The notes under the pieces: generated by a model
Databases searched by the model: none
What the model saw: the letters and a program-made list of their open reading frames with translations, nothing else
What the model was told of the DNA's origin: nothing
Source: Bdellovibrionales bacterium
GTDB lineage: Bacteria > Bdellovibrionota > Bdellovibrionia > Bdellovibrionales > JAEYZS01
Assembly (NCBI GenBank): GCA_031374125.1
Contig: JANMFM010000121.1
Coordinates: 1 to 50,083 of the forward strand
Direction: 5' to 3'
Length of the DNA stretch: 50,083 nucleotides
Part shown: positions 41,887 through 48,861 of the stretch, piece by piece
Layout of the letters: every line of letters starts with the position of its first letter
Numbering within the stretch: position 1 is the first letter of the stretch
Made by a program: the position numbers and the translations under genes

Positions 41887-43341
41887 ATGGGTGTATACAT
41901 ACAAGATATCAGTCTAACAATTCCACTTGTGGTGCTGTTTTTATTGAGCATGGTTCCAGTGGCTGTAAAAGTTATCGGTTGCAATGAAGAGCCAAGGCCA
42001 CTTGTGACTTTCATATTTGGGATTGCGGCGATTGGACTAACAGCTGTTGCTGTGTCATTAAGAGCGACGAATGAAATCACTTTAGCTTTTGAAAACACTG
42101 TAGTCTATAGCCCTCTCATCAAGCTCAGCACCGTATTTTTAATATTGTCAGCTTTGTTTACAGCGCTTTTAGCATACAGACATCCGGCAATTCCGAAGAA
42201 TCAATATTCTGAACACATGTTTTTATTTCTAAACACGTTACTGGGAATGTTTGTCCTAGTTTACTCCCATGATTTGATTTTAACTTTTGTTGGGATCGAA
42301 CTCCTGTCTTTGCCGTTATATGTATTGATCGGCATTGGGGGCAATTCTGTCATTCCAAAAGAATCTTCGTTTAAGTATTTTGTGCTGGGAAGCTTTGCCT
42401 CTGCATTCCTACTTTTTGGTACTGCATTTATTTATGGCGCAACTCAAAGTACAGATATCTCTACAATTCTAGAGAACGGTGAAAAATCCAATCAACTTTA
42501 TCTTACGATGGGTGTGATGATTTTCTTAATTGGATTATTCTTCAAAGTGGCTTTAGTGCCATTCCATGCGTGGTTGCCTGATGTCTATCAAGGGGCACCA
42601 ACACCGATTACAGCATTCATGGCTACATCGGTGAAGATCGTTATTTTTGTTTTCTTGTTAGGATTTGTACCTGTAATTAGGTTGGTTGAGTCACACGCGG
42701 TTATTTATGTTCTTCAATGGGTTGCGATTCTTACGATGTTCTTTGGAAATTTGATTGCGCTAAAACAAAACAATTTCAAAAGAATGCTAGCGTACTCGAG
42801 TATTTCTCATTCAGGATATTTATTCCTAGGTATCATCGCCGCAGTTATTGGTGTGGACGATGCAAGTGTTCATGGAATTATGTATTACCTTCTAACTTAC
42901 TTGTTTATGACATTGGGAGCGTTTGCGATCGTTTGTCTTTATGAAAAATCAGAAGATTCAGAACTAACAATTGATCATCTAAAAGGTTTAGCGAAATCTA
43001 ATCCTTGGTTGGCAGCAGCTTTGAGCATGCTTCTCTTGAGCCTTGCAGGAATTCCTCCCTTCGGCGGATTCTTTGCGAAGTTATTCTTATTCTCAAGCGC
43101 AATTCAGGCAGAACAATTCTGGTTGGTGGTGTGGGCTGTGATCAGTTCAGTGATTGGTGTTTACTACTATTTAAGACCAATTGTTTACATGTACATGAAA
43201 GAAAAAGAAATCCACGAAGAGTTCGTACAAAATCATAGCGCTGGAACCATGGCGACAGTCGTATTTTCTATCGTCATGATCATTCTTCTTGGATTTGCAG
43301 CTCAACCCTTTTTAGCTAAAATCATCCATACCGGAGTTTAG
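41887..43341 (+). CDS. nuoN: NADH-quinone oxidoreductase subunit N
   Basis: 484-aa antiporter-like subunit with motif FKVALVPFH.WLPDVYQGAPTPITAFM. It is the last gene of the cluster. Confidence 0.93.
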   Translation: MGVYIQDISLTIPLVVLFLLSMVPVAVKVIGCNEEPRPLVTFIFGIAAIGLTAVAVSLRATNEITLAFENTVVYSPLIKLSTVFLILSALFTALLAYRHPAIPKNQYSEHMFLFLNTLLGMFVLVYSHDLILTFVGIELLSLPLYVLIGIGGNSVIPKESSFKYFVLGSFASAFLLFGTAFIYGATQSTDISTILENGEKSNQLYLTMGVMIFLIGLFFKVALVPFHAWLPDVYQGAPTPITAFMATSVKIVIFVFLLGFVPVIRLVESHAVIYVLQWVAILTMFFGNLIALKQNNFKRMLAYSSISHSGYLFLGIIAAVIGVDDASVHGIMYYLLTYLFMTLGAFAIVCLYEKSEDSELTIDHLKGLAKSNPWLAAALSMLLLSLAGIPPFGGFFAKLFLFSSAIQAEQFWLVVWAVISSVIGVYYYLRPIVYMYMKEKEIHEEFVQNHSAGTMATVVFSIVMIILLGFAAQPFLAKIIHTGV

Positions 43342-43349
43342 TTAAAAAG

Positions 43350-43374
43350 AAGACCGTGCTAAAGCAGGTCTTTA
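43350..43374 (+). terminator. Weak hairpin after nuoN (possible terminator)
   Basis: AAGACC (43350-43355) pairs with GGTCTT (43367-43372), with an inner 3-bp extension, followed by only TTT. This is weak. Confidence 0.3.
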
Positions 43375-43465
43375 GCCATGTAAAATTTTCATTATAATGA
43401 ATGATATAAAAGTCTCATTTTAAGATTTTATACGTAAGCACATGAAACTACTAACTTATAATTTT

Positions 43466-43533
43466 ATATCATATGATATCAATATTTTATAAATATCATA
43501 TGATATCAATTATAGGTTGATATCATATGATAT
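43466..43533. promoter_or_regulatory. Three phased palindromic operator-like sites upstream of the HipA-family kinase gene
   Basis: The identical perfect 14-bp palindrome ATATCATATGATAT occurs at 43466-43479, 43493-43506 and 43520-43533, spaced exactly 27 bp centre to centre. The last copy ends 3 nt before the ATG at 43537. Confidence 0.7.
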
Positions 43534-43536
43534 TAA

Positions 43537-44457
43537 ATGCAAGATATGCTTATGTTATGTTTGAGATGTAAGCTAGAGATCAGTAAAGAATCACATAGAT
43601 ATGGATTACACCCTAAATGTTTTGTGGCGTGGTTCAAGGTGGATGCATATACAGATTTCTTAAGTTTAACTCAGCGATCCGCTCAAAGCTCATCTCAAAA
43701 AAATCCAAATTATTCTCCCAACAACACATCTTTTTATCATGGAAAATTCAAGAAATATTCTGCTGATCTTGGAACGGATAATTACATATTAAAAATGCGC
43801 ATGGAAAAAGAAGGCCCCGAGCTACCGGAAGTAGAATATTTGTGCAATCAAATTGGAAGTCTGGCTGGCTTACCTGTTGCGGATCATTTTTATATTAATT
43901 TTTATTCAGAGTTAGTGTTTGTCACAAAAGTTTTTATAAAAAAAGGAAGCGCAACCGCCAATCTAGATCCTATACACAAATATCGCCCTGACGATAAACA
44001 TGACTGCGAAACATTAGCGAAGACAATCGAAGAAACAACAAAGCGCCCTTACGATGTGGATGTCTTTTACAGCACCGTACTTTTTGATGCACTGATCGGC
44101 AATAATGACCGCCACGGAGGAAATCTCGCATTTATTGTTACTCCATCGAAGACCGTGCTTTCTCCCATTTATGACAATGTCTCCAATCTTGGATTGTTTG
44201 CAGGGCCTATACTCAATGCAGATTTTCATCCAACAGGTCGCATAGCAACCTTAGAAACTAAAGAGCCTTCAATGAAAGATTACGTCAAAGAGTTAAAGCG
44301 CTTGGGGCAGGGTAGTTTAGTGGAAGAATTTGCAAATAAAGTAAAAGTTCCTAAAATTGAAGAACTCATCGAAAACAGCTACTGCACGCCCCTGATGAAA
44401 GCGGCAATGAAACGTTTGGTTTTAAAAAGACATAAGGAACTCGCAGATGGCCTATAA
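43537..44457 (+). CDS. HipA-family Ser/Thr kinase toxin, core kinase only (HipT-like), with an N-terminal CxxC...HxxC motif
   Basis: HipA_C-type catalytic motif FDALIGNNDRHGGNLAFI, followed by SPIYDNVS (Mg-binding Asp). At 306 aa it lacks the roughly 100-aa HipA N-subdomain. The N-terminus is C8-L-R-C11 ... H25-P-K-C28. Confidence 0.75.
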   Translation: MQDMLMLCLRCKLEISKESHRYGLHPKCFVAWFKVDAYTDFLSLTQRSAQSSSQKNPNYSPNNTSFYHGKFKKYSADLGTDNYILKMRMEKEGPELPEVEYLCNQIGSLAGLPVADHFYINFYSELVFVTKVFIKKGSATANLDPIHKYRPDDKHDCETLAKTIEETTKRPYDVDVFYSTVLFDALIGNNDRHGGNLAFIVTPSKTVLSPIYDNVSNLGLFAGPILNADFHPTGRIATLETKEPSMKDYVKELKRLGQGSLVEEFANKVKVPKIEELIENSYCTPLMKAAMKRLVLKRHKELADGL

Positions 44458-45103
44458 AACTGATTTCAATAACATTGATAAAAATCATCTTCATGTGTTT
44501 GCTGAAAGTCGTAAGAGAAGAATTTTTGTAGGAACTTTGAAGTGGGACGATCTCAAGTCTCAGTTCGAGTTTAAGTATGATTCCAAATATGCTCGTTCGA
44601 AAAAGGCAATCCCTATAGGTAAGGAATTAGATTTATTTAAAAAGACAAATATTTCTAAAAACCTTTTCCCATCATTTGCAGATAGAATTCCAGATCAAGA
44701 TAATCCTGCCTATGAAGACTATTGTTTGGCTCAAGGTATTTCTCTTGAAGAAAAAAACCCCATAATATTATTGGTCTCCATTGGAAGAAAGGGACCTTCT
44801 TCTTTTATATTTGAACCAATTGTTAATAATGAATTTTCCACTTCTGATTTAAAAGCATTTCGAGAGCAATTGGATATTTCCATTCAGGATGTTGCTCTTG
44901 CCTTTGATATGAACTGGCCAACATTACAAAGATTAGAGGCTGGAAAAAAGGTGGAGATGGGAACTCTAAGACGTCTTCAAATTTATTTACAATTTCCGCA
45001 GGTCGCGCTTTGGCAATTATCGTTATCTATTGGGAAATTGCATTCCAATACTTTCAATAGACTATGGCAACATTTTGAAGGCGAAAAGCGTAAGAAAAAA
45101 TAA
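44447..45103 (+). CDS. Fusion of a HipA N-terminal-subdomain-like (HipS-like) domain with a C-terminal XRE-type HTH domain; putative antitoxin/regulator
   Basis: The N-terminal part (VGTLKWDD....FEFKYDSKY.....IPIG..L.........LFPSFADRIPD...........LLVSIGRKGPSSFIFEP) parallels the E. coli HipA N-subdomain pattern (VGELT....TFKY...W....ARPLSLSLPL......FNFFDNLLPD......LLSEIGRDSVGAVTLIP). The C-terminal part LKAFREQLDISIQDVALAFDMNWPTLQRLEAGKK is a classic XRE HTH. The ATG overlaps the kinase stop by 11 nt. Confidence 0.7.
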   Translation: MAYKTDFNNIDKNHLHVFAESRKRRIFVGTLKWDDLKSQFEFKYDSKYARSKKAIPIGKELDLFKKTNISKNLFPSFADRIPDQDNPAYEDYCLAQGISLEEKNPIILLVSIGRKGPSSFIFEPIVNNEFSTSDLKAFREQLDISIQDVALAFDMNWPTLQRLEAGKKVEMGTLRRLQIYLQFPQVALWQLSLSIGKLHSNTFNRLWQHFEGEKRKKK

Positions 45104-45216
45104 TCTTCGTAAGCATTCTTTGGTTCAGTTTTTAATAGGCTTTAAATGCCATTTAACCCAAAATACCCCTATTTTAGGACTTAAAAAATTAAAAATTATA
45201 AGCTACACTAGCATTT

Positions 45217-46094
45217 ATGAAACGTAACGCCCAAAAACATTTAAGAGAATGGTTAAATAGAGCCAATCGCATGCCTCTCATTATCAGGGGCGCTAGGCAA
45301 GTTGGCAAATGAACGCTGGTTAGGCTTTTTTGCGAAGAGGAAGGACTAAATCTTTTAGAATTAAATATTGAGCGTGGAAAGTTAAAGTCAGTAGAAAAAG
45401 ACAACGTGAGTTTATCAGAAGTTCTTGATGAAATTCAGCTCAAAACAAAGAAAAAAATTGAATCGGAAACAATTATTTTTTTGGAGGATATTCAAGAGCA
45501 GCCAAAGCTATTAAAATTTTTAATTTAGATTTTTCAAATGCCGTATGTTCTTTGGCCCAAGAAGAGTATCGCAAATACATCTATATTGGCGGTATGCCCC
45601 AGGCGGTGAAAAATTACGTAGAAGAAAAAAGTCTAGCGAACGTAAGGGCAGTACAAGAGCAAATTATTCAAACATATATTGCTGATTTTCCAAAATACAA
45701 TTCAAAAATAAATTTTGACAGAGCTCAAAGAATTTTTGCAGCTACAATTACTCAGCTTGGTAAAAAATTAATTTATCAAAGATTCGATGCTGAATCAAAA
45801 TCAAGAGAGATAAGAAAAGTCATAGAATTATTAATTGATGCTAGAGTTATTATTCCTTGTACTCATACTAATGGAAATACGATTCCTCTCGCAGGTGAAA
45901 GCGATACTACAGTGCAAAAACTTTACTTCTTAGATGTTGGACTTTCAAACAGTCTTATGAAGTTAGACTTTGAAGCAATAAATAATGAATTCGAACATAA
46001 TTTTAATACAAAATTAATTTCTGGAAAATTATTAAACTTGTCGATCTGGGCTGTAGAGGCTTTGTTTGAGAGCGTTTCCAAGTTTCGAAAATAA
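45217..46094 (+). pseudogene. Decayed AAA+ ATPase (AAA_14 / DUF4143 family) gene
   Basis: The N-terminal reading MKRNAQKHLREWLNRANRMPLIIRGARQVGK is interrupted by an in-frame TGA (45310-45312) exactly where the Walker A Ser/Thr belongs. The frame then continues TLVRLF...IIFLEDIQEQPKLLKFL to a TAG at 45526-45528. The C-terminal DUF4143-like part (YIGGMPQAV...) resumes at 45552 in another frame, and roughly 100 or more residues of the family appear to be missing. Confidence 0.7.
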
Positions 46095-46185
46095 AAAAGG
46101 CAAAAGAAATCTACATAATTCAAATAACATATTTACCTAATTTAGACCTAAACTTACCTAAATTAGGTAAATATCAAGATTAAAG

Positions 46186-47373
46186 TCAAATATCATAGCG
46201 CCTTAAGACTCTTAAGGCGCTTTTGAATCCGATCTTTACGATTCTTTCTAGAATCTCTTTATTGAGAGAAAAGTGATCCACGAAAAACATCTCGTAGTCT
46301 TGAGGATTTGGATGAATATACAGTGTATCCACATCTTTTTTCACGTTCGTTCTTTTCTCTACAATATCTAAAATCTTTTGTCGGTGTTCATCAGGCAGAT
46401 TCGCCTCTTTGAAATAACCATCGATGGCTTTGTAGACTGCCTTCAGGCTATCTTGATATTCCATGTTTTTAAGAATTTTTTGCTCCACTAATTGATAGAG
46501 CGCTTGGTTCAATATTAGAGGAATACCGTATTCATGTAGGCTCCCCATCTTTTCATTATAGTTATAGGGTTGCATAGAATAACTGGCGATCACGAGGTCT
46601 GCGCCATTGTCTGAGGCAACGTGTGTGGAAAGAGTATCTCTAATTTCTCCATCAAAAAAATAAACAGTTTCGTTCTTATCGTTTTTTATTCCGTATGGAC
46701 AATAAACTGGAGGCAGAGACATCGAAGCTGCTGCTGCCTCACTGATAGAGCTTGAATTTATATTCATGATTTTGTCATCGTGGCTGCTAGCTTCGTGGGC
46801 TCCGAAGACAGCTTTGCGCGAACTATTGAGAGCTGTGGCAACGATGAATAGGTTGCTAGCGAGTTCTTTAAAATCATTTGTCGGCAGAACGTGATTTCTT
46901 AAGTATTTTTCTAAACCGCGCGTAGAAAATAATCCATTCAATTTAAATCCATTTTTTAGGAAAGATTCAAATCCGCCCGTCACTAAAGATTTAGTTCTAA
47001 GCTTTGTAGGGATTGCTCTTAAAAATCCTGGAGAATTCAACGCAAAGATATCCCAATAGGTGAGGGGCTTTAGTTTGGGATTTGTTTGAGATATTTTTTT
47101 GATCCCCATTTCAAAGGCTATAATTAAATCTTCTACGGTATACCCTGCTGCAAGAAAGGTACTGATCATTGCTCCGGCACTAGAGCCCACATAAGTATTA
47201 ATTGATAGAGGTTCGGGATTTACGTCATTGTCGGGAAAGTCCTTTTTTAATCCTCCACGGAATTTAAAACCTTTTTCCTCGAGCGCTAGACATACGCCAA
47301 TATGAAAGGCGGCAGCTTTAATGCCACCACCACTTAAAACAAGGGCCACAGATTTCTTGTTTTTGAAACGCAT
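46186..47373 (-). CDS. Patatin-like phospholipase
   Basis: Oxyanion-hole motif LVLSGGGIKAAAFHIG, nucleophile elbow GSSAG (GxSxG), and catalytic Asp motif FFDGEIRD (DG[AE]). Confidence 0.88.
   Translation of the reverse strand: MRFKNKKSVALVLSGGGIKAAAFHIGVCLALEEKGFKFRGGLKKDFPDNDVNPEPLSINTYVGSSAGAMISTFLAAGYTVEDLIIAFEMGIKKISQTNPKLKPLTYWDIFALNSPGFLRAIPTKLRTKSLVTGGFESFLKNGFKLNGLFSTRGLEKYLRNHVLPTNDFKELASNLFIVATALNSSRKAVFGAHEASSHDDKIMNINSSSISEAAAASMSLPPVYCPYGIKNDKNETVYFFDGEIRDTLSTHVASDNGADLVIASYSMQPYNYNEKMGSLHEYGIPLILNQALYQLVEQKILKNMEYQDSLKAVYKAIDGYFKEANLPDEHRQKILDIVEKRTNVKKDVDTLYIHPNPQDYEMFFVDHFSLNKEILERIVKIGFKSALRVLRRYDI
46198..46224 (+). terminator. Plus-strand intrinsic terminator embedded in the 3' end of the convergent patatin gene
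   Basis: Perfect 10-bp stem GCGCCTTAAG/CTTAAGGCGC with a 3-nt loop, followed by TTTT (46221-46224). Confidence 0.5.
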
Positions 47374-47471
47374 CTCTCTAAGGTACCAGGTTCTCCTTAC
47401 GGATGCAACGCGGCCAATCTCCAGGTACCAACCTTAATCTGGCCCTTATCTAGCTTGTTGTGCGCGGTAAA

Positions 47472-47506
47472 ATTACGCAGCATGACCCGGAAAGGGAAGC
47501 TGGTAC
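47472..47506. repeat. Left inverted repeat flanking the HTH gene
   Basis: The 24-nt core TGACCCGGAAAGGGAAGCTGGTAC (47483-47506) is the exact reverse complement of 47997-48020. Pairing extends outward to 35 bp with 2 mismatches. Confidence 0.85.
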
Positions 47507-47552
47507 CTTTTTCTTTGCTTAATTGAGGGGCTGAAGTAGTCTGAGTTTTAGT

Positions 47553-47993
47553 ATGGAACAAGAAAACTGGCTTCCGTTAATTGAATATTCAAACAAGCAT
47601 CAAATTAGCATTTCTACGCTAAGAAGACGCATCAAAGACAACTCGATTCTATTTAAACTGGAAGAGGGAAAATACTTTATCGTTGATGACTCGGTTGAAA
47701 AAGCAACTAGAGGCCGTAAACCCATTGTGATTCCAAACCAAATTACTCAATCTTCAAGCGCAGATTGGACCCTTGATTCACAGCCAAAAGCTGTACAGAA
47801 AAATGAAATTCTAGAAGAACTCAAAAAAGCATATCTTGCGTCACTGCAAAGCAAAGAAGAACAAATCTTTCAACTGAAAGAAGAAGTTTCCGACTTGAAA
47901 ACACTCGTTCGAGTTTTAGAATTCGATAACGAAAGACTCAAAAAAGAACTAGAAAATATCACTGGTTTTTCATCGAGAAAAAATCATTTTTGA
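47553..47993 (+). CDS. Small DNA-binding protein: excisionase/MerR-type HTH plus C-terminal coiled coil
   Basis: The N-terminus LPLIEYSNKHQISISTLRRRIKDNSILFKLEEGKYFI matches the HTH_17/excisionase pattern. The C-terminal 60 aa show heptad-like L/V/I spacing (EEQIFQLKEEVSDLKTLVRVLEFDNERLKKELENI). Confidence 0.65.
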   Translation: MEQENWLPLIEYSNKHQISISTLRRRIKDNSILFKLEEGKYFIVDDSVEKATRGRKPIVIPNQITQSSSADWTLDSQPKAVQKNEILEELKKAYLASLQSKEEQIFQLKEEVSDLKTLVRVLEFDNERLKKELENITGFSSRKNHF

Positions 47994-47996
47994 AAA

Positions 47997-48031
47997 GTAC
48001 CAGCTTCCCTTTCCGGGTCACGATGCGTAAT
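47997..48031. repeat. Right inverted repeat flanking the HTH gene
   Basis: GTACCAGCTTCCCTTTCCGGGTCA (47997-48020) begins 3 nt after the stop codon. The outward extension cgaTGCGTAAT pairs with the left copy. It also forms a local palindrome TGCGTAAT-aa-ATTACGCA (48024-48041). Confidence 0.85.
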
Positions 48032-48076
48032 AAATTACGCAGCACGATTCGGAGAGGAGGCTACCTAGCAAATCCT

Positions 48077-48718
48077 TTACCAGCGCACATCAATATTGAT
48101 TGATCCGGATTGCTGTTCGGAATCCAATTCTACTTTTAAACCCGCATCTGGATTTAAATATTTTTTGAACTGAACATTAACGCTATTGCGGTCACCATCA
48201 TAAATCATTTTGGATTCGATATCTCCTGGTACAGAAATACTCGCAGTTCCTCTAAGAGGATTTGCTTTTACTTTTAAGGAACTAGAATCAGACTTAGAAT
48301 GTTCACCATTATATTCTGTAAAGCAGTTGTTTAGTGGCTCGATAGGGTTATCAATGCAAGGAGCAGTATTATCACTCGAGCTTGTTTCGATCATGTCTTT
48401 TATATTTTTATAAACAGGCAAAGCTTTTAATTCATCTTTCACAAATTTTTTATCATCAAAAATAATAGGAGCATCCTGACTGGCAATTCTTCTATTTATT
48501 TCCTCTTTATATCCATAAGGAGCTTCAATATCTTCGTTGTTGCCTATGTAATTTTTAAAAGCATAAGTGGGAATAAACTTATGAAGTTTTCCGGGAAAAA
48601 AATCTTTATTTGTAATATGCTGAAGTTGTTTTACGGGAAATGAGAAATTTTGAAAGATCGCGAAAAGTACAAACAGTGTGGCGAAACTTAAAAATAAAAA
48701 TATGTCTCTTTTTTTCAT
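48077..48718 (-). CDS. Hypothetical exported/anchored protein
   Basis: 213-aa ORF with an N-terminal hydrophobic segment (IFLFLSFATLFVLFAIF). I recognise no motif. Confidence 0.5.
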   Translation of the reverse strand: MKKRDIFLFLSFATLFVLFAIFQNFSFPVKQLQHITNKDFFPGKLHKFIPTYAFKNYIGNNEDIEAPYGYKEEINRRIASQDAPIIFDDKKFVKDELKALPVYKNIKDMIETSSSDNTAPCIDNPIEPLNNCFTEYNGEHSKSDSSSLKVKANPLRGTASISVPGDIESKMIYDGDRNSVNVQFKKYLNPDAGLKVELDSEQQSGSINIDVRW

Positions 48719-48820
48719 CTATAAAATGTATCGGTATGGAGCAGACTAGACCTTAGTCAAAATTGAAATTATTTATGAAATTAGTTTTCAAAGCAACATT
48801 TTAGGAACAATTGAGCAACA

Positions 48821-48851
48821 GGGTGAGGTTAAAACAAATTTAACCTCACCC
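48821..48851 (-). terminator. Hairpin downstream of lon (probable terminator, no clear U-tract)
   Basis: Perfect 13-bp stem GGGTGAGGTTAAA/TTTAACCTCACCC with a 5-nt loop, 10 nt after the lon stop codon. Confidence 0.5.
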
Positions 48852-48861
48852 TAATCCTGGA

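Noticed and set aside
43466-43533. The three evenly spaced repeats as a mini-CRISPR array
   Set aside because: The repeats are only 14 bp long, perfectly palindromic, with 13-bp spacers and only three copies directly abutting a start codon. There are no cas genes. They are operator-like, not CRISPR.
45310-45312. In-frame TGA in the AAA+ ATPase read as selenocysteine or programmed read-through
   Set aside because: It replaces the Walker A Ser/Thr, where Sec makes no sense. No SECIS-like hairpin follows. The gene also has a second stop, a frame break and missing sequence, so it is a pseudogene.
46133-46170. TTACCTAAaTTAGGTAA palindrome and its upstream half-copy as the patatin terminator
   Set aside because: The 8-bp stem is entirely AT-rich with a 1-nt centre and no U-tract on the minus strand, so the terminator call is unsupported. 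It is kept only as a noted motif within the islet.
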